Assembly (NCBI GenBank): GCA_964252035.1
Contig: OZ176200.1
Length of the DNA: 64,000 nucleotides
Origin: Podarcis erhardii
Taxonomy: Eukaryota
Strand: one strand, 5' to 3'
Both the position numbers and the translations under genes were made by a program. Positions 1-13,200 of this stretch are shown piece by piece (the stretch's first letter is position 1; the number at the start of each line of letters is the position of its first letter). The notes under the pieces were generated by a model. That model did not search any database. It was not told the origin of the DNA and was given only the letters and a program-made list of their open reading frames with translations.

Positions 1-783
1 GCAACCTCCTTCCTTGCCCTCTCTCCAGCAGTTGCTAAGAGCTGTCCAAGGGAGGAGGCCAGCAGCAGCAGGTACAGTAGGATATTTGGCTCTTCTTCCA
101 AGCAGACAGAGTGAATTTGTGTATAAAACAAGAGAGGCACAATCTAGCAGGAGTCCCATTGGCTTGAATGGAAGAGTTAAATATATGCTAAAATATATAA
201 AGTGCTTAAATGTGACCGGGTGGTGCTGTGGCTGCTTATGTCTGTTGACATCCACCATGGCATTTAGTCCAACAGCAGTCAGGATGAGTTATCATCACAA
301 GGGAACAACCATATTTTTAATGGAAGTGCATCTGGCAGATGCATGTGACAAATGCTCACAGGAATACAGATGGCTGCTTCCTTCCTTCAGCCTGGATGTT
401 GATTCCAGGTTCTTCAAAGGAGATGTGGAAGTCAGGAAGCCGAGGAGGAATTTCACAATACTTTTGGGAAGTATCAAAACTTCACATTTCATACCAACAT
501 TTGAAATCTGTAAACTTCAATCACTAGGAATGACATTTCTAGGCTACTGGTAGTAGAAGAGGACACTGTTGATGATGTCAGTGCAAGAATCCAGTGTACT
601 GTCTTTGAAATCTTGGAAGAAAGATGGTCAACAGAAGAATTTCACTAAATGCATATGAAGTGGACATGCAATTAAACATTCTTTTTCCATTGTGAGACAT
701 TCAGTGCTATCCTCATGCAGTTATAAAAAATGTTGCTTATGGCTCAGAGACTTCCTTTTCACTGCTATTAAATTATCATGTGC

Positions 784-784
<1 letters not shown>

Positions 785-817
<33 letters not shown>
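785..817. repeat. (AC)n microsatellite
   Basis: About 16 units. Confidence 0.95.
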
Positions 818-818
<1 letters not shown>

Positions 819-2711
819 TTGATACTGGCCATTTTCCAACTCTAGGTATAACAAGGCAGCAAGTAATGTTTTCAACATTCTGGCAGCTTCAGACACTAAT
901 TCATGCTGTAGCTGCTTATGTGTTGGAGTTAAGTGAACAGTTTTAAGTCCAACAATTCTGAAAACTACTATGCTACATCCAAGCATAATTGATTTGATAT
1001 TGATTGATTTGAATTGATAAAATTGGCGAATCAAAGATGCATTGCTTTTCGTGTTCATGAAACTGATGAGAAGGTTCTGTATCTGCTTAATTATTATTAT
1101 TTTTAAAGTCTACAATATGTAATGGAGTTGAGCCTACTGTTCTCTAATAATTAATCAAGATAACTGATATTTATGTGGGAGATGAGTGTGTTTGTTTCTA
1201 AAAGCAGACAATGGAAGCTTCAGCCAACAATCTGCATGCTTCAGATAAGAATCTCGTACTTCCCTTCTATCTTAATAAGAGACTTCTATTTAAGGGTTCC
1301 CTTTAATGGTAATCCAATAAAGATTTTCTCACACATGTGAATGTAATTAAAACAGTCATTAGAGTTTCTGATAAACCTAAATCTCCAATAAATGATTAGC
1401 AATGCAATTGTAGGCATGCTTCTTTGGAAGCAAGTCCAAGGAAACTTGGAGTGTAGCTTACTCCCAGGTAAGTGTGCACAGGATCACACAATGGGAGTAA
1501 TATTCACACCATACATTTAAAGCACATTATTTCCCCAAAAGAACCCTGGGAACACTCTAAATGAATTACATTTTATCAGCTCCATATTATGGATAGTGCA
1601 AGACTGACCCATAGATTTCTCCACCATACCTTTTGAAGTCTTCCAAGTTAGAGATTAAGCATGGTAATCAACTAAATTTCACTCAGAGTGCACCCAATCA
1701 ACTAAAGTGCACCCAATGAAATTAAGGAGCATGACTCAGGTAGGCCCATTAATTTCAGTGGGTCTACTCTAAATAAAACTTAGTTCAATACTACCCTCAG
1801 CATTTTCACACAATTCAAAGTGTAACCCATCCAGCAGAGTAGCAATGTCTGCCAGCACCTGGGGTGGAGCTTTGAGATGCGGGCAGTGGTTCCGCTGCCC
1901 TGCATGGAATTACTACCCGGATGCTTAGAAAATTGAGGTCATTTTAATGTCAGATTTGTAAGATTATGTGCTACAATTCTGCTTCTCGTAGTGAAAACTT
2001 AAACCCATTGGCCCAACCGCTTGTTTCAAACTTGTGCATCGCATCTGAGAGCATTTTTCACACAGGATAGCAAGTGGAAAGCAAACGGTTTTAAGTCCAT
2101 TCTAAGTCCATTCTATTGAATGATGAATGTGGCAAATGCTAAAAATTTTAATGACACTTGTGAACATGAATTTAGGCATGAATGGAATTGCAACCCCCAG
2201 CCCTAGACAAACAGACAACAATTCAACATGTAGATAAGCTCCCTGATGTAAGTTTACATTTAATTTATGAACTGTAGACATTACATGGAAATAATCCCCA
2301 TTGATTCAAGATCACTGATAGGTAACAACCCCCAGTAGCTTCTTCTTGGCAAAGCAGCTTCTGGAAGAGCAAGTAGCTGTGGAGATGAAGCCAGGAGCCC
2401 TTGACCCTTCTCCTGCCAACTGACTTTCTTCTTGAAGTCACTCCAGCTGTTCCTCTCCCAATGCAGGAAAGCCCTGCACAAAGGGAAAGTATATGGGGGA
2501 TTAATGATGTTTAGTTGTTATTTTTACTATTTAGATATTTTCCCCACCCTTTCTTCAAAGAGCTCAAGGCAGCATATATGCTTCCTCCATTTCTCCTCAC
2601 AAGAACCCTGTGAAGTAGGCTAGGCAGAGAGACATTGGCTGTCCCAAAGTAATCTTTGTGGCTGATGGAAAACAGGGGCTGACTTGGGCTGATGGAAGTT
2701 GTAGTCTAAAA

Positions 2712-2847
2712 CAGGCATAGGCAAACTCAGCCCTCCAGATGTTTTGGGACTACAACTCCCATCATCCCTGACCACTGGTCCTGTTAGCTAGGGATGATGG
2801 GAGTTGTAGTCCCAAAACATCTGGAGGGCCGAGTTTGCCTATGCCTG
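2712..2847. mobile_element. hAT-type MITE, 136 bp near-perfect hairpin
   Basis: 58-bp arms CAGGCATAGGCAAACTC.../...GAGTTTGCCTATGCCTG with 1 mismatch; perfect 8-bp TSD GTCTAAAA (2704-2711, 2848-2855). Confidence 0.9.
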
Positions 2848-5377
2848 GTCTAAAACATCTGGATGGCACCAGGTTGACAAAGGCCAGCATAGAAGCAGCA
2901 GCCTGTGGTTGTGGGTGGGTTTCTAACATGAAATTTAACAAGGAATATTTCGATTAAAAGTTTGATCTCAGCACTTACCATTCGGGGCCCATTTAGGCTG
3001 CCAAAATCCCACGACAGCTTAATGTTCCTAATTAATTGGAAAGTATTGATAGGGCTAGTACTCTTTCCTCTCATTGCACCTCTCAAAAAAGTCATTGAAA
3101 AGAAGTGCCATATTTCTCAGCAGAAATAGAAACAGGAGCTCCATGCTGCCCTCACATATTTCACTACACCGTTTCTCATACTTATCAGGTTACCTTTTAA
3201 TACATGAATGCGAAGATCTGTAAGATACACTGTTTAAGGAATTTTGTTTTTACCTAGTATGTCCATGATATTACTGTACAGTAACAGACTAGATGGAAAA
3301 TATGAGTTTGGACTGGAGAGTATGAGATTTGCTGTCTTTCCAAGTCATGTATCTTCAAGTTAATTCAAAGCAGAAGTACTCTGTATATTCAGGCTCCAAA
3401 GCTCTTACCCCATTCTATAATTTTTACAAACATATAGCAGACAGCAAAAAGGGATCAACTAATCTAGCTAGATGAATTGCCAAATGCACCTGACAAGTTG
3501 CATATGGTAAGGCTTATTTTCCTGTTGCCATATCAGACAATATGAAGTTATGTCCTACAATAGATATTGTTCATGCAGACTTTTCAATGAAAGTGGAGCA
3601 ACCAAGTAGTCACAGGGGTAACATTCTGAGATTGGGGTTAGACTCAATGGGCTTTTGGTGGCCCCAACCCTGTAATTCTGATCACAGAAAGAGAGTGTTA
3701 AGAAGGTCAGATAGGGTAGATAAGCTTCATATTTAAAATCTCTTTTGCCTGCAAAACAAAAGAGCTGGCCAAGTACAAGAAACTTGTTGCCACAGAAACG
3801 AAATAGCTGGGGATCCTTTGTGAGGGTCCTTATCCTCCTCTCCCTTGGCTGCAGGTGATGACAACATCAAGGTGTCTGCTTTTGAAAGAGAGCAATCCTG
3901 GGATTGGAGTCTGAGAGAATGAAAGCCCTGACTTGCTATGGCATTTAAAAGCTAATGGGAGAGCAGGACCCTTCAATTTTATATCCATCCTATTTATATG
4001 TGCATCTATGTGGTTAGGATTGCTGTGTAAACGTAATATTGACAAAATACAATAAACCCCGTAAAGCTGCACATGCCACATGCTGAACATACCCACGTTG
4101 GGCATGCCAAGCTACCAAGACATTTCATTTCGTGAACACAGAAATGAGTTATGAGTTAATACGTTTGGCAGAGCTATCCAAACGAGTGCTGCAGTGATTA
4201 CAACAGAACATGTGCAAACAATTATCAACTTTCAGTGCCAACAAAAGAAAACTTGAACTCCCCATAAGGAATATCTAAAAGTTCAGGACTAATTCAATGC
4301 ACAAATCACAGAGCAGATATGCTAGGGTTAGAGTTCAAAAGCCTTCTTTGGGGGAAGACTGAGTTAGAAATAGAAATATTTTGACTACCTTGTGAACCTA
4401 GCCCAGGTAAAAATGTGTAGAGGTAGGACAGAGGGTTGTGTGCTCAGACCTTGGCCTCTACATGTTCAAGGTGTTATTTGCAAAGCAGGCCATAAGTATA
4501 CACTAGAATATAGTATACACGTGGCCTTGTTCCCCCCCCCTTTTTGAATGGGAAAACTGAACGAGAGGGAGAGATAATGAGGCTACCAGTCTCCCTAGTG
4601 AATATAGCATACAGACCAGCTCCTTAGCTCCATTGGACTGAATCACAAAGTCTCTTCACGATAAAGTACGTGTTGAAAAAGTGCTACTTCAAATGAAGAC
4701 TTGAGAAAGAAGGGTTCCTAGCTGTGAACTGGACATGAACTTTCCCTAACTCAGAGGGGCATATTGCTCATCTTGCCAAAACTTGTCTGAATTTCTTCAG
4801 TGGTTTGTGAGGCAATTGGAGGAACAGATGTGGCTAAGGGGAAAAAAGACAGTCAATGGTTACGACACATGTATATGCTTAAGGGCCCTCTTAGGTTTGT
4901 GAACCAATGTGCAGAAAGGCTACCTCCACTCTCTGTTTTCCCTGTGTCATCTGCAAGAAACCAATATGAGTAAAGGGGGGTTCCAACAATTGTTCTTCCA
5001 TTGTAGGCTACAAGAGGACTTTTAATGCACCAACAGCCACACTTAGGGGTATCTTGCTATCTTCCATTCTCATGCTGGGCATGGCATAGCCGCTGGGGCA
5101 GAGCTGACCCCTCCCTTCTCGATTGGTTGCCACACACACCTTTCTCCCAATATGGCGCTGCTCCTCTCCGTGACACTTTGACACTCTCTTTTGGTGTGTG
5201 CTTGTGTGTGTATGTGTTTACAATTTGTGAAGCAGTAAAATTGAATGTGCTTGTGTGTGGTATTGATTTTTAAAAGGCTAAAAGGACTGCAGCTAGGATG
5301 ATTTCTTAGTAAACACGGTTACAAATTGGGCTGTAAATTTCATCTGAATTTCACATGATGGCATCTGACCAATTTGC

Positions 5378-5470
5378 TTGTTTGTTTGTTTGTTTGTTTG
5401 TTTATTTATGAATCACTTACCATGAGGCATCCCTAAGTGATTTACATATAATAAAAACATACATAAAACA
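5378..5470 (-). mobile_element. L2-type 3' tail with (GTTT)n
   Basis: (GTTT)n 5378-5403 beside hairpin AATCACTTA..TAAGTGATT. Confidence 0.45.
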
Positions 5471-6018
5471 GAATAAAGGTGTCCCATTGGACATCTGATG
5501 AGCTAGTCAATGGCGCAGCTGGATCCAGTCATATCTACTCAGTTTCCCTATCCATCTACAAAACTTTTCAGTTTAATTTTCTCTTCTTGGTCACTGTGTT
5601 ATTCTGCTGTGTGTGATTAAAAAATTACAATAATGCCTGCAGCACGAGGTTAGCACATTGCAGTCTTGCAGCTTAACCTACATGAATCTCAGAGATTATT
5701 CTGTAAGAAAAAAGATGGACGAACCTTGGGAAAACATGCAAGGATTACAACTGGCTTACAATGTCATTGTAAAATTACATGTAGAAGGCATGGCAAGTGC
5801 ACGCTTAGGTCACATCCACGCAGGACCAGCCCATTTGTGAGGCAAGATTCCTAACTGCCTCAGTGGCAGGGGGCAGTGGATCCCAATGTAGTACTTGCTC
5901 CTTATGTAGATCTTGACTCACCCTTCTTCCCTGGCTGGGGTGGGGGTGCCACTTTGTCGTTCACTTCAGGCACCAAAAGGTCTTGGGCTGGTCCTGCATC
6001 CACAAGGCTTCCCCTAAG

Positions 6019-6472
6019 CAGTGGTTTTCAACCAGTGTGTCGTGGCACCCTAGGGTGCCTTGAATGGCAGTCAGGGGTGCTGAAGGCAACACTGGCCTCT
6101 GTCCCTCTTTCCTTGCCTCCCTCCTCTGATGCCCTCTCCTGTCTCTTCCTCCCAAAGGCTTGCACAGCTGTTTATTGCAGCAGCCCTGGCTATAAACTCA
6201 ACAGGCAAATGGTGGCTCTGAAAGGCACCTCTCTTTGGAGCAAGGGAGACCAGGGGAAGCAGTAGCAGCAGTTGCCTGAAGGACTCCCAAGGAGAGGGGA
6301 GCAGAGAGGGGGCTGAGGGAACCCTCCACAAGGGAGAAATTCAAAAAAGGGTGAGAGGCTGACAGCTCTGCAGGCAAGGGGTGACATAACTGGGCTCCTG
6401 AGCCCCACAGGGGTGCTGCAGAAAGAATGTAGTTGGTCAAGGGAGCCAAGGACTCAAAAAGGTTGAAAACCT
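6019..6472. mobile_element. Non-autonomous hAT element
   Basis: Ends CAGTGGTTTTCAACC / GGTTGAAAACC (right TIR tip eroded); flanks CCCCTAAG / TCCCTAAA look like a decayed 8-bp TSD. Confidence 0.65.
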
Positions 6473-7788
6473 TCCCTAAAGAATCCTGGAAACTGTAACT
6501 TTTGGGAATTGTATCTCTGTGAGAGGTGACAGTTCCTAGGATGCTTTGGGGGAAGTCATATACTTTAAATGTATGATGCGATGTGACCCTAGAAAAGGAT
6601 TCCTGGATCTTCTTTCCAATGGTGAGCCATTAACTCCAAATCTTAGCATTGTTTACAAATTTGTATGCAATAATAAATATTTGGGTGGTGAAGGATGTAT
6701 AAACTATTTTTTGCCACAGATCTTCATAGGGTTGGGTTCTGGGGTTTTTTAACAGCATAACCCTATGCATATTTATTCACAGGTAAAGTCCACTATGCTG
6801 ATCTGAGTTCACACCATAGGAAGCTTATTTAGGACTACAGCCTTATTATATATTATTGTATGTTACCTTTCTATAAAATTATTCTAAGCACCCCTTAAAT
6901 AGGACAAAGTAGACATATTTTATGTGCCTTAGAATTATAACATTTAGTCTTGCCCCAGAGAAAGTGGTACAAGTTAATAAAGTTGATGTGTTTGGCAACT
7001 AATGGCTGGATTGCAGCTGGATTCAAGATTACCAGGCAGCAGAACTGACAAAACATCCTGAACCATTTCAACTCCCAAAATGTTCAAGTGCTACAGAAAA
7101 AAGTCAAAGACTTTGTATATTAATCATTTTGTTCAAGTGGAACTGCCAGCATTTAATTCAACAGTAGCACCGCAATAGCTGGATCTCAAATGTCATCTGT
7201 ACTGACATCTGCCAGGGTCACTTGTGACACGGGATGAACTGTTTTTCTTCTGCTTCTTTTCTTGAAGCACAGGACTAGGTTTTTGGCTGCCACTGAACAA
7301 GCAGAACTCTGCTGGACTTCACTTCTGTTAAGTACATGGTAGTAGATAATTTCCTTTAACTGTTCTTAACCTAAGTATTAGCAAGCAATCCAGCTCCTGC
7401 TGAAATTGACTGGGGAAGTCCAATTACTTTTAAAGGTTCAGGATTCAGGCCTAGCTGAGTTTTAATTCCACATAGCTCACTAATCCACAAATAACTTAAG
7501 GCAAACTTATTTTAGCTCCATTGAGATCAGTAGGGCTATAGTGCCTTACATACAACTTGAGTATAATTGGGAGATGAAATCAGTTGTTTCAATAACTAAA
7601 TATTAGTTATTATTGCAACCCACTGTTAAATCAAAGACCAGCTTTTTAAAAGTATTTTGGATGTCACAGAAAAACTTAGATTTCATCAATACAAACTCCA
7701 ATATGCTCCAACTGTAACTAATACCTTAAACATTATATGGAAGTTACAGTTACTAACTTACAAAGGAAAATTGCTCTCAAATAGTACT

Positions 7789-8514
7789 CAGTGGCGGAGC
7801 TTCATGCTCTGGCACCAGGGGGCGGAGAGCAGGCAGGGGTGGGGCGGCGTGAGTCCTGGGGGCATGGCACACTGCCTGCAGGGGTGTGGTGCCCAGTGTG
7901 GTTGGTGGGGGACATAGGCGCCGACTCCATGGGGCCTGAGGGGGCCCGAGCCCCCTCAAAAATTTGTTTGGGGGGCTCCACCCCCCCCAATAATTTAAGA
8001 AAATTATTAGTTATATTATGCTTTGTAAAATCACAAAATTATGTTGGTATTTTTTATTTTCCTTGTTTGACGATAGTTACCTTTTACAATACATTCAGTA
8101 ATGAGTTAAAACAAAGCCACTCCCGATCTAGAGAGGGGGTGGGGTTGTGGGCTCTCGACCCATCAACAATCTCACAGGGCTGGCGTCAGCACCGCGAGAA
8201 GCGGGGATTCCCCCTAGCTCATTAATATTCACCGCCCACGGCAGCAGCCAATCGGCTGCCGCAAAGGGCGGGCCCTCACAGGTTCACTTAAGGTTGGGGC
8301 AGCCCGGGGCTCTCCCCTTTCGTTCCCCCAGCAGCAGCGGTTTGGAGGTCTTGGGCCCCCCCAATATTTTTTATTAGTCGGTATGGGCCCCCGCCCCCCC
8401 AATATTTTTTATAAGTCGGCGCCCCTGGTGGGGGACAGCCATGATGGCACCCCACCGGGATCACGCTGCCAGGGGCGGGGCGGTCGCCCCCGCACCCCTC
8501 TTCCTCCACCACTG
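7789..8514. mobile_element. Non-autonomous hAT element, GC/CpG-rich
   Basis: TIR CAGTGGCGGAG / CTCCACCACTG; TSD ATAGTACT / CTAGTACT (7 of 8). Confidence 0.8.
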
Positions 8515-8769
8515 CTAGTACTGTTTTACACTGCTGCTGCAAATCATTTGCAGGGGAGAATTTGACCAGAGGTTTCACATCAGGGTGTAGAAGAAAACAG
8601 TAAGTAACTGCAGCCACACTTTTCTGTAGTTGCAGGCAGATAAAAGGAAAACATGTTAAGAGCCACATTTGCATGTGGGGTGAAGTCCCAGGGGGGCATC
8701 CCCAGAGAATCTCATGCACTGTAAAAAAAATAAAATGGGGCTGCCCTGTTAAGCAAACATATATTTGCG

Positions 8770-9540
8770 TGTCGAGGCCCCGTGACCACGCAGTTCCCTA
8801 GGGTTCAAATAACTTGGCAACACACAGAATATTGGTTTTGGGATCAAATAAGGCCACAACTTTATTGGTTACAGATGTGAAGGTTTGGCTATAGGCACTG
8901 GGGTAAGCAAATGTGTATATCACTCCAGCCCGTCTGCTGGTGGTGTCACTAAGCGTAAAGCCAGCTGCAAGGGATGCCCTATGACCTGCGTCAAATCGGA
9001 GCAGCCCCCAAGTTGGAGGAGTGGTCTGGCCCCAGCCCCTTTCTGAGCACCGGACAGGAGCCACTCCTCCCAGATACTTTTAACAGGATAAACGTTTACC
9101 TGTGGAGGGGCAGACAGAGGCTAAACCTCCCCTCCAACCAAGACCTATGCTTACCCAATGCCTTACAAAGTTGTGACGATTGCTATGAGGAAGGCAAAAA
9201 CCAAATGGCTGGTGCCAAGCTGCCGGGTGGTGAAAATTCCTGTCTGGCCCCAAAATATGGTGACCAACATCATCCATAGCAAGGTTGTACCATCTGCAAC
9301 ATCCATAATCTGAGGGAGTGTGGGTAGGAGAACTGGCACAGTGAGAAAAGAGGCAAGCCCAGAATTTATCCTGGTCCTGGGTGCAGGGCCAAGTGCCACT
9401 ATTGGGAGTGGTTTCATGCCCAGGCAACGCCCTCCAGTTCCTGCCACCATTTGGCAGTGGGGGATGATCTGGCCTGCAGTATGCCAGTTCGCAAAGCTGC
9501 CCACCCAAGAAGGGATAAACGGATATAGCCTGCAGAGACA
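8770..9540 (-). mobile_element. Probable solo LTR
   Basis: 771 bp bounded by TGT...ACA; minus-strand AATAAA (plus-strand ACTTTATTGG near 8859); flanks TTTGCG / TTAGCA only partly match as a TSD. Confidence 0.5.
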
Positions 9541-9669
9541 TTAGCACTCTGCTGGTTGTGAGTGCTAGCAAGTCAGGAGTCTTCTAGGTTTGGTCAAGAC
9601 ATGCAAGAATTTTGACCATTAGAAGGCAAGCTCTAGAGAGGTAATGTAATGGAGAAAGTAATAAATCAG

Positions 9670-9850
9670 GATATGTCCCTGGTTCAGTTCTCATCCCTGC
9701 CATGAACAGACTAGTTGGCCTTAAGCAGCAAGTCATTCATTCTGTTTCAACCTCTCAGTCTTAATGTTAGGACAATCATTCTGACTTCACTTGCAGAGTT
9801 GTGAGGATTACACCAGGATAACGTACATAAAGCACTTTGAATAAGGAAAC
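9670..9850 (+). mobile_element. Old MIR/Squam-like SINE remnant
   Basis: GGTTCAGTTCTC..GCCATG..GGCCTTAAGCA..GTTGTGAGGATTA..TAAAGCACTTTG core; similar remnants near 2590, 12310, 34160 and 44100. Confidence 0.4.
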
Positions 9851-10066
9851 TGTTATATTAATGCTTGTTGCATCCCTCTCAGTACCAATATTAGATAGTT
9901 CCAGCAAAACATTTAATCTGCTTGCAATGCTAACTGCAAGGAACCCAGAGCTATTTCCCAAAAGGGCCAAGCTAAATTGAATTCCACCATAACATCTAGC
10001 ACAACTTACTCCATGGCCGAATGTCATTCCACTGTGTGTTTCCATGCCTCAGTTAAGCATTATTTG

Positions 10067-10246
10067 CAAAACAAAATAAAAAAATTCCTTCCAGTAGCAC
10101 CTTAAAGACCAACTAAGTTAGTTCTTGGTATGAGCTTTCATGTGCATGCACAAGAACTAACTTAGTTGGTCTTTAAGGTGCTACTGGAAGGAATTTTTTT
10201 ATTTTGTTTTGACTATGGCAGACCAACACGGCTACCTATCTGTAAC
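10067..10246. mobile_element. Penelope-like terminal fragment in fold-back (inverted) arrangement
   Basis: Perfect 61-bp inverted repeat (10067-10127 / 10151-10211) with 23-nt spacer; 3 mismatches in about 85 bp versus the intron 1 copy. Confidence 0.7.
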
Positions 10247-13200
10247 TGGCATTATTTGCAGTCACTGGTAGTGTACACTGTAATGATGTCAGGACATGAG
10301 GTAAGCTACAGACCAGGAGGGGAAAACTTAACATGGACCTGGTGCTGTGGCAACAGCCACCCCCCTTGTCTTCCTTGTAATGTTTAGTTTTGTCTTGAAT
10401 TCAGAGTGGTGGTATAATGGCATTTGAGAGTTCTAGTACAACAGAGCTCTGGGAACACCAGAAAACCAAACATTTGCTTACATCAGTGTGTGGTGGCTGG
10501 CGTCCATTGGAACTGGAAGGGCAGAAGGCAGGGAGCCCAATGGTACGTGGAGCCAGAGCCAATGACTTTTGTCCTTATGCTTCTTTTTTGTTGAGTTCTA
10601 CAAAACCTAACTTCCATTTGCCCTATGATTTCAAGTGATTTCAAATCACAGGTCTGAGTGGTCCCCACACACACTGCCCATCCTGTCACTTTCCCCATGA
10701 AAACCTGATGTTTACTTCTGAATATTCAGTTAGCCACAGCCAGGCACCAGAAATGCAAAGATTTCAGCTCCTGGCCTCACAGAGTTTCACTTCCAGCTCA
10801 CAACAGCGGCTCTTGCGAAACATCTGATAACTCCAGGCAGCACTGCTGGGTCTCAATGTGTCATGGGAAGAAATCCTGTTTTAGTGAGATTTCCACATGA
10901 CAGGGAGAAGAAGGAGATACCAGATAAATTGGTGATTGCACAATAATTGCACGTTGCACAATGATTTCCTGTGCTTGTTCAGTTCAGACATAAGGTTGCC
11001 CCTCCACTCTCAGGTTTAAAATTGTCTGCTGCCTGGTATTGAAGATAAGATAATTAGACAACCAACATTATGGGAATCACCACAAGGTTCTAGGCTTCTG
11101 AGTAACTAGATCAGTTGATAGATGGCCGTAGCACCGCTATCTGTGTTCCTTTCCTTGTTGGGAGAGACCATTCACTGCTACGTGAAGTGGGGAAATGGTT
11201 GCCCGTGGGGTGTGATTGAAGAGGCAAAGGTGATGAAGCAGAAGCAAAGCAGATGCCCTTCGTCTACAAAGAGATATTATCTCTGAAGGAAAACCATAAG
11301 TGGGAGTTCACCCATACTCATTTGGCCCCAAATACTGCCTGGAATTGATGCAGCCTGAGTAGCTTAATCAATGGAACAAATTGTGCTCCCAGTCACCCAC
11401 ACATGTAATCCCAAGTAAATAAGACTGTCCACTGTGAGTAAGAGAGAAGAATTTATCTTACTGGCTGTGAGTTTTATTGGCAGACAATCCCATTGGGTAA
11501 GGCAAGTCAGGAGAATATCTTAAGCATGCTTGGGGTGGTTTCTAGAATAAACAAGGAATCTAAAAGGAAAATGACTTTTTTAAAAGAGTCCCTCTGACTG
11601 TCCTGTCTGAAGCCCAAGAATTTGCAACCAGATGAAAAGGAGGGCATTTGACCCCATTAAGGGTCAGGAAATGTAACTAAAAGGTAGTTAAATGTTTGGG
11701 TTAAACATTACCATTAAGCAAAGATACAGAAGGTTACTTATTTTTAATCTCCATTGGCTTATTAAAACCCAGTTGAAAACCAGAGCACACACTACTGACT
11801 TTCTAAAACAGGGAGGAGAAAAATCTGATGTCTAGCAGCCCATAGCATTTCCCCACTTAATGCTTTTGGTGTGGGGTAAAGATTAATGGGATCTCCTTGA
11901 CTTGGCAGACCCAAGCCAAGATGGTCAAGCTTGTGAATATCAAAACATTACATTGGTTTTAAATCTAAGGACAATGAGTTAGCATAATGTCAGCAGAAGA
12001 ATGCAAGAGTCAGGTCACAGATGTGATTTTTAAAAGGCAAAGATTCGTTATTGTGAGTTGAACCCATACCTATGTGAAAAATGCAATTTAAGAATCAGAT
12101 TATTAATCATCTCTAAAATAGTATTCACTGTGGAAGAGCTTTCCAATTCTAGTTTTGTCCATTGATTTCTCCATTAAATCTTTGCAGGAAGCTAGACATT
12201 TGACAAAGTTCGGCCAGTGAGCATCACTGCTGGGCAGCCCATCATTTTATCCATGGCATCACCACATCCCTCTCACATGAGTGTGAGTGATGTGAACTGC
12301 TGCGTGGCATGCACAAGGCAAGCTGAGAACTATGGTTCACCTCTGACTTTAGCCATGAACTCACTTGGTGGCGCTTAGGCAACCCACTCTTGTCTCAGCC
12401 AAGCCTCTCACAACAGGAAGATAACAATAGTGACCTGCCTTGCAAGCTGAATCCCTTTCTCTCCCTCTGACAGACATGTCTAATATGGACTTACCAATAT
12501 TCATGAATGCTGTTTAAAGACTTTACCTGATATTATAATTTAATTATTTAGCTGTTTCAACATTATACCAGGAAAGAAATTGTGTTGCTGTTAACAATTA
12601 GTTTGCAGGAAAAGTTTTCCAAGCTTGCAATCCTAACCCCATTTAGCTGACAGTAAGCCTTATTAAATGGAACAGAAATTACTTCTGAAGTGACATTGTT
12701 AGGGTTGCAGTGCACACGTGGTATACATGTGCACACTGCAAGGTACACATGTAGAAAAATATCAAGCCATTTCATATCGAAAATTTCTCCAAAATGAATG
12801 GTTTTGTATATTAGGAAACATGTGAAAAACCAAGGGAAATTAAGATTAGCATCATGGGTTCTTTAGAAAATATTTCTATATTGCTAATCTCTATCCTTCC
12901 TTTTGGGGTAATTCATGGGTTCTGAACCTCCTAGCCATCTGGTATCCAAGCTGAAAGTCTTGGCCAGATCAGTCTGCTGTTGACTGTATTTATGAATGGA
13001 GCTCCAGTGTCTGCTAGCCAACCCTCCGGAACGCCCGTCCCCCCTCCCAATTCAGTTCTGGGAGAAAGTGGCTGCATGAACAGACTGTAACATCACCTCT
13101 TCCTTTAGGGCTATGATCCACACATGCAGGTGTAGCGTCTGGTCGCCTTTCCACATGCCTTCCCATAAGGCACTTGATGTTCGTATTCAGAGTTTGTAGA

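Noticed and set aside
14-553. 179-aa ORF at the window start
   Set aside because: No recognisable domain, splice structure or promoter; treated as chance or decayed repeat. A tblastn search would settle it.
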